Source of the DNA: Candidatus Heimdallarchaeum aukensis
GTDB lineage: Archaea; Asgardarchaeota; Heimdallarchaeia; Heimdallarchaeales; Heimdallarchaeaceae
DNA: 64,000 nucleotides
Direction: 5' to 3'
NCBI GenBank assembly: GCA_021513695.1
Contig: CP084166.1
Span: 928,001-992,000, forward strand
Below, one piece after another: positions 48,309-57,051 of this stretch; the stretch's first letter is position 1; each line of letters opens with the position of its first letter. The notes under the pieces were generated by a model that had not been told where the DNA came from, did not search any database, and saw only the letters and a program-made list of their open reading frames with translations. Position numbers and translations under genes: made by a program.

Positions 48309-48695
48309 GTGATAAGGATGTCTGAACAAAAAAAGAAGATGATTATCGTTGTTACTAGAGGAGAAGAAAGTAAAGAAACCTTAGAACCTCCTCTTCATAT
48401 TGCAACTATGGCTGCTCTGTTAGATGCAGAAGTAAAGATGATATATACTGCTAAAGCCGGACTACTATTAAAGAAAGGTGTACCAGAAAAACTAATTCCT
48501 CAAGAAGGAAGACAACCATTGATAGAAACAATTCGAGAAGCAAAAGAAGCAGGTGTTCAAATATACGTATGCACCCCAGTGCTAGAATGGAATAAACTTA
48601 ATAAAGATGATTTCATAGAAGAAATAGATGGAATTGTCGGAGCAATGACTTTAGTTAAAGAGTCACTTGAAGCTAACTCGACAATATCATTCTAA
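48309..48695 (+). CDS. DsrE/DsrF-like protein
   Basis: 128 aa with a DsrE-like alpha/beta pattern (MIIVVTRG..., Cys in IYVCTPVLEW). Confidence 0.6.
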   Translation: MIRMSEQKKKMIIVVTRGEESKETLEPPLHIATMAALLDAEVKMIYTAKAGLLLKKGVPEKLIPQEGRQPLIETIREAKEAGVQIYVCTPVLEWNKLNKDDFIEEIDGIVGAMTLVKESLEANSTISF

Positions 48696-49120
48696 TGAAG
48701 TGGAAAATAATGTCTCTCTCACTTAACTCGCTGTTATCCAAAGATATTACCTGCTTTGATGTAATAAAGAATCTTTTTGCCTTAACTGATAATGAAATTG
48801 ATGTTTTAGCTTGTATTAACCACCTTCAACCAGTAAGCATAGCTAGAATTACAGAAATAATACCCAAAGATAGAGCCACTATATCAAGATCTATCTCTAG
48901 ATTAATGAGCATCGGAGTTGTACGGAAAGAAAAAGAAAATTTGGAGAAAGGAGGATACCAATTTCTGTATAGTAGCTTACCTATGAACGAATTAAGAAAA
49001 TTTGTAAAAAGTACCTTGAATGCAATAATTGAAAATATGAGTATCGCAATGGATAACTTAACAAAAGAAAAATGTGAAGAAAAATTCCAAGAAGTAAAAA
49101 GGAAATACAGCAAAAAATAG
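48695..49120 (+). CDS. Winged-helix transcriptional regulator (TrmB/MarR-like)
   Basis: LTDNEIDVLACINHLQPVSIARITEIIPKDRATISRSISRLMSIGVVRKE. Confidence 0.6.
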   Translation: MKWKIMSLSLNSLLSKDITCFDVIKNLFALTDNEIDVLACINHLQPVSIARITEIIPKDRATISRSISRLMSIGVVRKEKENLEKGGYQFLYSSLPMNELRKFVKSTLNAIIENMSIAMDNLTKEKCEEKFQEVKRKYSKK

Positions 49121-49236
49121 ATTTCCTTTAACAATTTTCCTTTACATTTTTGTTGGTTAACGTTTTATAAAATAGTTATCCTTTTCATTTTATAGATAAA
49201 AGAATTCAAAAAAACTCTTATATTAAATCTTTTTTT

Positions 49237-49521
49237 TTGAGTAAACAAGAAAATAGTGTGATAATAATGACAGAAGTAGATCTAAATAAAATCAAAGCGC
49301 ATCATATTGTAGATGCTAGAGGTTCAGCATGTCCTGGACCATTATTAGAAGCAAAGAAAGGAATCTCAAAGGTTCCCAAAGGAGGAGTCCTTGAAGTTCA
49401 ATCTAGCGACCCTGGTACAAAAAATGATCTTCCTGCATGGTGTAGACGAGCAGGACATAAATTTTTGGGCGTTTTAGAAGCAGATGGATATGATAGAGTT
49501 TTCATTCAAAGACTAAAATAG
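49237..49521 (+). CDS. tusA: TusA/SirA-family sulfur carrier protein
   Basis: VDARGSACPGPLLEAKKGI active-site motif. Alternative start codon in the track. Confidence 0.8.
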   Translation: MSKQENSVIIMTEVDLNKIKAHHIVDARGSACPGPLLEAKKGISKVPKGGVLEVQSSDPGTKNDLPAWCRRAGHKFLGVLEADGYDRVFIQRLK

Positions 49522-49563
49522 AATATTCCTTTTTTTATTAAATTTTAAAAAAAATAAAAAGAA

Positions 49564-50001
49564 TTATATTAAGATATTTGCTTTTGCTTTTGTTGCTGCT
49601 TCAATATATGAAGCTATACCAGAAATTTCATCTACAAGATCAGAGAAATCATCTTCTGGGATATCAAAAAGTGGGATCATGTTAGAACAAGCAATTATTT
49701 TAACATTTCCTGACTCTTTTGCTTTCTTAAGAGCTGCTCTCCAATTACCTAGTCCTTTTTCTTTCATATTTTTGCGCATCAGTTCCTCATAAGGTTGTCC
49801 CTCTATACTTACTGGAAAATGATCTGGTGCGCCTTTTCTAAAAGCATGAGTTCCCCAAAAAGCTAGAAAAATATGTACATCATAATCCATTGCAATAGCT
49901 CCATTTGTTATTGTTGCAAGAGCTATGAGTTTTTCTTCTGTTCCAGAGGTTACCATTATACTAAATAATTCTCTTTCTTCTGACATAATAAACCACATCA
50001 C
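49564..50001 (-). CDS. DsrE/DsrF-like (DrsE_2-type) protein
   Basis: 145 aa. FSIMVTSGTEEKLIALATITNGA and Cys context KIIACSNMIPLF, parallel to 47815..48297. Confidence 0.65.
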   Translation of the reverse strand: MMWFIMSEERELFSIMVTSGTEEKLIALATITNGAIAMDYDVHIFLAFWGTHAFRKGAPDHFPVSIEGQPYEELMRKNMKEKGLGNWRAALKKAKESGNVKIIACSNMIPLFDIPEDDFSDLVDEISGIASYIEAATKAKANILI

Positions 50002-50210
50002 ACTGGTTGCGTGTCCAGATTCACAACTGGCATTTTAAAGATTTTGTAGTTTTTATAACAATAAAAATATTTTTTAATAGATTACGAATTGTTTTTTATA
50101 ATAAGCTCTTTTTATAATTGGCTTTTATCTTAACATATATGCTTTTTTAGTTTATTATCGCTCTATAATTTAAAAAAAATTATTATATCTTTTAAAAATT
50201 TTATTCCAAC

Positions 50211-50630
50211 ATGCAACAAAATGCAAAAAGACAAAAAATTAAAACCAAGAAGATTCTGATTATAACAACAAACGATATTTCTTATCTTGGTGCAGACACA
50301 GCAGGACAGCAACATCTAAAGTATTCAGAAGATGCTCTGATAATACGTGTTCCTGATCCTGTAATTTTTCCACCTGATTTTTATGTGAGAACATTAGAGA
50401 AAGGATTTGGGGGGATAATTGTAGCTTCTGCTGGTGATGAATCTCCTTTCTTGAATTCTCATGCCAGATTAGCGAAGAATATTGATGCTGCTTATAAAAT
50501 AATGAATGAAAAAGGAATTGACACAAAAAGGCTTGTTCTTACAGCCATTTGTAGCATTTGTGCAGGAAGTTTTATCAAAGCTGTTAACAACATGACTAAA
50601 TATTTAGACAGTGTTCATGAGCAAGAGTAA
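50211..50630 (+). CDS. MvhD/FlpD-like protein lacking the canonical Cys ligands
   Basis: Colinear with the MvhD delta subunit as I recall it (...YLGADTAGQQHLKYSEDALIIRVP...GIDTKRLVL...). The positions of FCCNWC, MCSGR and GGCHLGDCHY read ITTNDI, VPDPVI and ASAGDESPFL. Confidence 0.65.
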   Translation: MQQNAKRQKIKTKKILIITTNDISYLGADTAGQQHLKYSEDALIIRVPDPVIFPPDFYVRTLEKGFGGIIVASAGDESPFLNSHARLAKNIDAAYKIMNEKGIDTKRLVLTAICSICAGSFIKAVNNMTKYLDSVHEQE

Positions 50631-50643
50631 AGAGGAGAGATAA

Positions 50644-51927
50644 ATGAAAAATTATGATGCTTTAGTGATTGGAGCAGGGATCTCTGGTATTCAGACTGCG
50701 TTAGATCTAGCAGAACAGGGATTTAAAGTATTAATGATTGATAAAAAGAAAAGTACGGGAGGAGTAATGATTCAATTAAGTAAAGTTTTTCCGACTTTAG
50801 ATTGTGCATCTTGTATTACTACTCCCAAGATGAGTGAAGCGAGTAATCACCCAAATATAGAAACATGGACATTAAGTGAAGTTACAAGCATTAGTGAAAA
50901 TAACGGTTCTTATGTAGTAAATATACTCAAACACCCGCGATATGTAGATCTTGTAAAATGTACTGGTTGTGGAATATGTGAAGAAGTTTGTCCTGTAATA
51001 GTTGAAGATGAATATAATGAATACTATGGAATAAGGAAAGCTGTGGGTGTACCCTTTGGCACTGCAATTCCTCAAAAGGCAGTGTTAGAACCAGAATATT
51101 GCATTTTTTGTGGGGCTTGTGCGAAAAAATGTCCTACACAAGCAATTGAGTATGATCAAGAGCCAGAAAACATAGAAGTTAAAGTAAAAGCTGTAATTGT
51201 TGCTACAGGTTTTGAACAAACGCCAATAAAAGAAGAATATGGGGGAGGACGGTATAAGAATGTAATCAATGCCCTTACTATGGAAAGGCTTTTAGCTCCA
51301 ACAAGTCCTTTTGGTGGAGTTTTTCGCCCAGGAGATGGCAAGAATCCCTATTCTATTGCTTATATTCAATGCGCTGGTTCAAGAGATGCGAGTATTGGTG
51401 TTCCTTATTGTTCTAGAGTCTGTTGTATGTTCGCAGTGAAACAAGCCATGTTACTCTGCGGAGCAGCACCTTTAGCTGATATTACAATCTACTATATGGA
51501 TATCCGAGCTTTTGGTAAAAGGTATGAAGAGTTCTTCCAAGAAGCAAGAGAAATGGGTATAAATTTTGTTAAAGGTAAAGTCGCAAAAATAGAAGAACTG
51601 GAAAATGGTAATCTTAAGCTTAGAGTAGAGGTTCAAGAAGAGGAAGATTATGGAGTTAAGGAAATAGAACATGAACTTGTTGTTTTATCATCTGGAATGC
51701 TTCCCGCTTGGAAACCTGAAAAAGTGAGAGAAATATTACCGCTTGAAATCCACAAGTATGGTTTTATTAAAAGTCTACAACCACATGTAAATCCGTCTCA
51801 AACTAATTTAGATGGAATATTTGTTTCAGGAACAGCTATGGCCCCAATGGATATTGTAGATTCAATTTATAGCGGTAGTACAGCAGCAATGAAAGCTGCT
51901 TTGTACATTAAGAAAATTAAGGAGTAG
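50644..51927 (+). CDS. HdrA-like flavoprotein, short form (QmoA-like) with inserted 2x[4Fe-4S] ferredoxin motif
   Basis: YDALVIGAGISGIQTALDLA. HdrA signature VFPTLDCASCITTPKM. CTGCGICEEVCP and CIFCGACAKKCP. Confidence 0.8.
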   Translation: MKNYDALVIGAGISGIQTALDLAEQGFKVLMIDKKKSTGGVMIQLSKVFPTLDCASCITTPKMSEASNHPNIETWTLSEVTSISENNGSYVVNILKHPRYVDLVKCTGCGICEEVCPVIVEDEYNEYYGIRKAVGVPFGTAIPQKAVLEPEYCIFCGACAKKCPTQAIEYDQEPENIEVKVKAVIVATGFEQTPIKEEYGGGRYKNVINALTMERLLAPTSPFGGVFRPGDGKNPYSIAYIQCAGSRDASIGVPYCSRVCCMFAVKQAMLLCGAAPLADITIYYMDIRAFGKRYEEFFQEAREMGINFVKGKVAKIEELENGNLKLRVEVQEEEDYGVKEIEHELVVLSSGMLPAWKPEKVREILPLEIHKYGFIKSLQPHVNPSQTNLDGIFVSGTAMAPMDIVDSIYSGSTAAMKAALYIKKIKE

Positions 51928-51930
51928 ATC

Positions 51931-53958
51931 ATGATGTCAGAGAAAGTGAAAATCGGAGTTTATGTTTGTCATTGCGGCTTCAACATAGCTGAAATGGTAG
52001 ACGTAAAAAAAGTTGCTGAAGTGTTGGGAAAAGAAGAAGATGTGGAAGTTGCAAAAGATTTTATTTTTATGTGTTCTGACGCTGGGCAAAAGATGATTGA
52101 AAATGATATCAAAGAAAAGGGAATAAATAGGGTTATTGTTGCATCATGTTCTCCACTATTGCATGAAAAAACATTTCAAGGTGTTTTGGAGCGTGCAGGG
52201 CTAAATAAATTCCTCTTTGAACACATAAACATTAGAGAGCAAGTAAGTTGGGTAAGTAAAAACAAAGAGTCGGCTACAGAAAAGGCTATTCGTTTAATTA
52301 GAGGAGGAATAGCGAAAATACGGAAACAACAAGCTCTTGAACCAATTCTAAAGAAAGTGACTAAAAGTGTAGCAGTTATAGGAGGAGGAGTTGCAGGGCT
52401 AATTTCAGCAAAGAATTTGGGTGAAATGGGCGTTGATGTAACATTAATAGAAAAAAGTCCTTTTATTGGAGGAATGGTTGCAAGATGGGATAAATTGTTT
52501 CCAAACGATGAAAATGCTCAAGACATAGTTCGTAAACTAATAGAAGAAGTAAAAGATAATAAACATATACGGATTCTTACTAATTCTCAGATAGTGGGAG
52601 GAAAAGGGAGTTTAGGTGGATATTCTGTCACAATAGAGACAATTTCCAGAGGAATCAAAAGACTTCCAGAGAATATAGAAAACATTCTTTCTTCTTGCCC
52701 CATAGAAATAGACTCTCCTGAATCTTTTGGGTTAGAAAAAAGAAAAATTGTTTACAAACCAGAATACATATGCTATCCTGAAGAATATGCCATAGATTGG
52801 GATAATCTATCTGATGCAAAAGAACTAGAGAAATACAAAAAATGGGTTAAAGAGTCTAATCTTGAAGAAAAATTTGAATTAGAAAAAACAGTAACAAAAG
52901 AAGAAATTAATGTGGGAGCAATAATATTCGCTACTGGTTTTGAACCTTATGAACCTTATGAGGGAGAATATGGGTGGAAGAAGCATCCAAATGTTGTTAC
53001 TTTGCCACAATTAATAGAAATTCTAAAAAGAGTAGACAAAAATCAAACTCATTTCGTTTATAATGGGAAGGAAATTAAATCTGTAGCCTTTATTCATTGT
53101 GTTGGAAGTAGACAAATAGAAGGAGAAGATATCCCAGGACCTGATGGAAAGCTAAATACTTACTGCTCACGATATTGTTGTAATGCTACTATACATACAG
53201 CCAATGAATTGAAGAAACTTTACCCAAATTTACACGTTTATGAATTCTATCGTGATATTCGTACATATGGTCTTGACGATGAGGATATGTATACTAAAGC
53301 TTCCAAGAACGATGTTATATTTTTGAGATTTAACAATGAGTATAAACCAGAAGTTCAGATTTTAGAGAATGAAAAGTATAATTTTGTTATATCTGTAAAA
53401 GATCAATTAAGTTACTACGAAGAAGTTGACATACCAGCGGATATGGTAGTGTTAAGTGTTGGAATGGTTCCTCCACAGATAGATGATCTAGTATCTATTT
53501 TCACTGTCTCAAGAGGAAATGATGGTTTCCTACTTGAAGCTCATCCAAAACTAAAACCTGTTGAAACTTCTTCTGGTATTTTCCTTGCTGGAACAGCGCA
53601 AGGACCTATGAATGCAAGTGAAGCTGCTGCAGGAGCTACAGCAGCTGCAGTTAAAGTAGCAGCAGTGGTTTCTAAAGATGAGCTAGCTTTATCTCCATTT
53701 ATTGCTCGTGTTGACATTACAAAATGTGATGCTACTGGAAAATGTGTTGAAGTGTGTGAATATAATGCTATTGAAGTAACTGAGGTTGAAGTCGAAAAAG
53801 GAAAAGTGGAAAGAAAAGCGCAAGTTAATCCTACTTTATGTGTAGGAGGAGGAACATGTGTAAGCGCATGCCCTAACCAAGCTATTCGCATTGTTGGATG
53901 GACGAACGAGCAAATTGAAGATATGATTACTGCGATGATCAAGGAGGTTAAAGAATAA
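51931..53958 (+). CDS. hdrA: HdrA-family flavoprotein, full length (HdrA/QmoB-like)
   Basis: N-terminal KIGVYVCHCGFNIAE...FMCSDAGQ...VIVASCSP...FEHINIREQVSWV closely matches the HdrA N-terminus. FAD site VAVIGGGVAGL. C-terminal CDATGKCVEVCE and CVGGGTCVSACP. Confidence 0.85.
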   Translation: MMSEKVKIGVYVCHCGFNIAEMVDVKKVAEVLGKEEDVEVAKDFIFMCSDAGQKMIENDIKEKGINRVIVASCSPLLHEKTFQGVLERAGLNKFLFEHINIREQVSWVSKNKESATEKAIRLIRGGIAKIRKQQALEPILKKVTKSVAVIGGGVAGLISAKNLGEMGVDVTLIEKSPFIGGMVARWDKLFPNDENAQDIVRKLIEEVKDNKHIRILTNSQIVGGKGSLGGYSVTIETISRGIKRLPENIENILSSCPIEIDSPESFGLEKRKIVYKPEYICYPEEYAIDWDNLSDAKELEKYKKWVKESNLEEKFELEKTVTKEEINVGAIIFATGFEPYEPYEGEYGWKKHPNVVTLPQLIEILKRVDKNQTHFVYNGKEIKSVAFIHCVGSRQIEGEDIPGPDGKLNTYCSRYCCNATIHTANELKKLYPNLHVYEFYRDIRTYGLDDEDMYTKASKNDVIFLRFNNEYKPEVQILENEKYNFVISVKDQLSYYEEVDIPADMVVLSVGMVPPQIDDLVSIFTVSRGNDGFLLEAHPKLKPVETSSGIFLAGTAQGPMNASEAAAGATAAAVKVAAVVSKDELALSPFIARVDITKCDATGKCVEVCEYNAIEVTEVEVEKGKVERKAQVNPTLCVGGGTCVSACPNQAIRIVGWTNEQIEDMITAMIKEVKE

Positions 53959-54260
53959 TGTCTGAAGAAAAATATGATTATCGAACAGCCCTAAAAAAGC
54001 TGAAAGAAAAAATGGGTGGAACAAAAGCTGAATTGTTAGAGAGAAACAAGCAAAGAAACAAAGACAAGAAACTAGTGGTACAAGCAATTAAGGAGGGTCT
54101 TTCAACTGTTCCTAAGGTTGCAGAGAAAACTGGTCTTCCAACAGATAGGGTGTTTTCTATAATTAACCAACTAGTAAAATATGAAGGGCTTGTGATGAAA
54201 GACAAGCGAAGCGAATATCCTGTGTATGGTTTTGTAGAAGAAGGTGAAAAAGATGAGTAA
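53958..54260 (+). CDS. Small winged-helix-like protein embedded in the hdrA/qmoC operon
   Basis: 100 aa. VVQAIKEGLSTVPKVAEKTGLPTDRVFSIINQLVKYEGLV. Its start overlaps the hdrA stop (ATAATG) and its end overlaps the next gene. Confidence 0.45.
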   Translation: MSEEKYDYRTALKKLKEKMGGTKAELLERNKQRNKDKKLVVQAIKEGLSTVPKVAEKTGLPTDRVFSIINQLVKYEGLVMKDKRSEYPVYGFVEEGEKDE

Positions 54261-55473
54261 TATTACAGTTGATCTAAATCTAATTAAAGAAATTAAAAAA
54301 TATGGAGCATTTGATGTCTCTGCTTGCTTTAACTGCGGAACATGTACAGCAATTTGTCCTTTGACTGATGAAGAAGGTAATTTTCCAAGACGTATTATTA
54401 GATATGCACAATTAGGTCAAAAAGAAAAACTTGAAGGTTCAAAAGAGTTATGGTTATGTTATTACTGTGGTGAGTGTTCTGACACTTGCCCTCGTGAAGC
54501 AGATCCAGGAGAGTTCATGATGTCAGCAAGGAGATATGCAATAGCTAGTTATGATCCTACAGGTATCTCCAAACTTCTTTACAAATCTAAACTTTTTTCT
54601 GGTTTTATGGTCGCTTTAGTAGCATTTTTGGTAGGATTGGCTTTTTACATTGTACGTGGAAATGAGGTACACGCAGATTCTTTGCTTTTTGAAATCGATC
54701 CTGCTTATATTCATTGGGGTGGTTATGCTCTTATGGCATTTTTAGCCATAGTTGTAGTTGCTGAACTGTGGAAAATGACGACTAGGATTTATAAGAAGGA
54801 AAAAGAAAAACTGGAGAAAGAAGGAGTAGAAATAGATGAGAAAATTTTTCCAAAGCTTGTTAGATGGGTGAAAAATGCGTTTAACATTGTATTTGTTGAA
54901 TTTATAGCTCAAAAAAGATACTTTAGAAGAGAAAAAGTTGAAGAAGAAAAATGGATTTTTTCTAAATGGTTTATTCACTTAAACATAGTTCTTGGTTTTT
55001 CTGGATTATTTGTGGCAACTGCACTAGATTTCTTTTTAGATATTATAAACGTAAAGAAAACTCCAATCGGTGCAGTACCTTTATTCTATCCCACAAGATT
55101 GTTAGGAACAATTGCTGGATTAATGTTACTATATGGAATAATTCTCGCTTTCTTCTTTAGACTTAAGAAACAAGACTCTTCAAGAGAACATTCACGATTT
55201 TCTGATTGGTTTCTTTTATCCTTGCTTTTTGGACTAGCTGTTTCAGGATTTATACTAGAAATTCTAGTCTACTTTCCTTTAGCTAATGAACAATTTGCTT
55301 TCTGGACTTTTATTGTGCATGTGGTTTTTGCTGTAGAGATGATTATTTTTGCACCATTTTCAAAACTTGCTCATCTTATGTATAGAACCTATGCTCTTTG
55401 GATTTACAAAAATTTACAAACAGCACCCAAAAAATATCCAGAAATAGCTGATCTAATAATATATGAAGATTAA
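54244..55473 (+). CDS. QmoC-like membrane subunit: HdrC-like 2x[4Fe-4S] domain fused to a multi-TM (NarI/HdrE-like) domain
   Basis: CFNCGTCTAICP...CYYCGECSDTCP followed by about 6 TM helices with conserved His. No CCG (HdrB/D) motif. Probable start ATG at 54253 after GGTGA. Confidence 0.7.
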   Translation: MKKMSNITVDLNLIKEIKKYGAFDVSACFNCGTCTAICPLTDEEGNFPRRIIRYAQLGQKEKLEGSKELWLCYYCGECSDTCPREADPGEFMMSARRYAIASYDPTGISKLLYKSKLFSGFMVALVAFLVGLAFYIVRGNEVHADSLLFEIDPAYIHWGGYALMAFLAIVVVAELWKMTTRIYKKEKEKLEKEGVEIDEKIFPKLVRWVKNAFNIVFVEFIAQKRYFRREKVEEEKWIFSKWFIHLNIVLGFSGLFVATALDFFLDIINVKKTPIGAVPLFYPTRLLGTIAGLMLLYGIILAFFFRLKKQDSSREHSRFSDWFLLSLLFGLAVSGFILEILVYFPLANEQFAFWTFIVHVVFAVEMIIFAPFSKLAHLMYRTYALWIYKNLQTAPKKYPEIADLIIYED

Positions 55474-55499
55474 AGAGAAAATCTTTTTCTCTTTTTTTT
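55474..55499. terminator. Hairpin plus T-run between the convergent qmoC-like and cbiO genes
   Basis: AGAGAAAA(55474-81)-TCT-TTTTCTCT(55485-92) followed by TTTTTTT. Confidence 0.4.
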
Positions 55500-56217
55500 A
55501 GAATTTTCCAAGATAATTTTCAATTTCTGGAACTTCTGACAATTTGGAAGAAGGACCAAAAAATAGTGTTTCTCCCCTATTTAGAAACAGAACATTGTCA
55601 GACCAATTTTCAATTAATAATCGTGAATGACTAGTAAAAATTAATGTCTTACCTTTTTCAATCACATCTTTTTCCAAAATTTCCTGCAAGGATTTTCTAG
55701 TTGGATAATCAATATTAGCAAAAGGTTCATCCAAAACAATTATTGAAGGATCCATAACTAAAACTCCTGCAATAGCTACTCTTTTCCTTTGCCCAAAAGA
55801 GAGTCTGAAAGGAGAATGATCCTTATATTCTCTTAAATCCACAATTTCCAAAGCTTTTTCTACTTTTTCTTCCACTTCTTCTTCAGTAAAACCTAAATTC
55901 CTAGGCCAAAAGGCTACATCTTCATATACGCTTGCAGAAAAAACTTGTGAATCAGGGTTTTGAAAAACGAATCCTACTCTTTTTCTAATTTCTTTAATTG
56001 TTTCTCTATTTAATTCAAGTTCTTGAACCTTTATTCTTCCTTTCTGGTGAAATTCAAGTCCAAGTAGTAATCTTAACAGAGTTGTTTTACCAGCTCCATT
56101 ATTTCCACAAATAGCAAATTTTTCTCCAATATTAATTGTAAAAGAGAGATTCTTTAACGCAAAAGATTTGTCTGGATACTCAAAGTGAACGTTTTCAAAA
56201 ACTATTTCATGATGCAT
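55498..56217 (-). CDS. cbiO: ECF/CbiO-type cobalt/nickel transporter ATPase
   Basis: Walker A GNNGAGKTT, signature LSFGQRKRV, Walker B IVLDEPFANID. Overlaps cbiQ. Confidence 0.85.
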   Translation of the reverse strand: MHHEIVFENVHFEYPDKSFALKNLSFTINIGEKFAICGNNGAGKTTLLRLLLGLEFHQKGRIKVQELELNRETIKEIRKRVGFVFQNPDSQVFSASVYEDVAFWPRNLGFTEEEVEEKVEKALEIVDLREYKDHSPFRLSFGQRKRVAIAGVLVMDPSIIVLDEPFANIDYPTRKSLQEILEKDVIEKGKTLIFTSHSRLLIENWSDNVLFLNRGETLFFGPSSKLSEVPEIENYLGKF

Positions 56218-56984
56218 TTTTGAATAATACCTCCTGATATTAGACTAAAAAGAGTACTAATGAAAATGAGAAAAAGAAAATCTGCAATTGTTACTCTTTC
56301 TCGTTTTATAAGTAAATTATCTTCTAAACCTCGAAGAACCATTGCTTCGTAAACCTCTGTTCCATGTTTAATAGATTTTATAAGAATCCCACCCATCAAA
56401 GCCGCAGCAGCTTGAAACTTCCTTTTTCTTGATGCAGAATCTAATCCTCTCATCTTTTGAGCTGTTCTAATGTTTTCTCCTTCTTCAACAAGAAGAGGAG
56501 TATAACGCAACATAAGTAAAATGATAGTAACAATAATATTAGGAATAAAAAGACTGCGAAGACTCTGAATAAATTGTTGCATTGTCACACAAGTCGTATA
56601 CAGAGTAATTACAGAAACAGAGAAAATACCTCTAACCCAGATAAATAGAGCTCTATTTAATCCGTCGGAATAAATCTCAAAATTAATACCAATAAAGGAA
56701 TTTGAATAAATTACTTCTCCAAGTTTTAGAAATAAAGATGGAATACCTAAAAAGAAAATTAAAACTGAAGCTGGAATTATAAGCCTAATAGTTCTTACAA
56801 TTGAAGCTTTTATTGACAAAAAGAAAATTAAGGCTCCTAAGTAAATAATAAAAATGTTAAACAAATTGTTACTTAATAAAAATAAAACGATTACTAATAT
56901 GGTAAAGATAAGTAGTGCAACAGAAGAGAATATTCTCTGATTTTTCTTATCACTAAATGGAAATAAAAATTTTGTATTGTTCAT
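56202..56984 (-). CDS. cbiQ: CbiQ/EcfT transmembrane component
   Basis: 260 aa, multi-TM, with the conserved ...IRTAQKMRGL... arginine-rich coupling region. Located between cbiM and cbiO. Confidence 0.8.
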   Translation of the reverse strand: MNNTKFLFPFSDKKNQRIFSSVALLIFTILVIVLFLLSNNLFNIFIIYLGALIFFLSIKASIVRTIRLIIPASVLIFFLGIPSLFLKLGEVIYSNSFIGINFEIYSDGLNRALFIWVRGIFSVSVITLYTTCVTMQQFIQSLRSLFIPNIIVTIILLMLRYTPLLVEEGENIRTAQKMRGLDSASRKRKFQAAAALMGGILIKSIKHGTEVYEAMVLRGLEDNLLIKRERVTIADFLFLIFISTLFSLISGGIIQKCIMK

Positions 56985-57051
56985 CGCTTATTCTCTTTTT
57001 GCTTATAAAGAAAAAAAAATAAAGAGTTATTAACTCTTACTTTTTTTAAGA

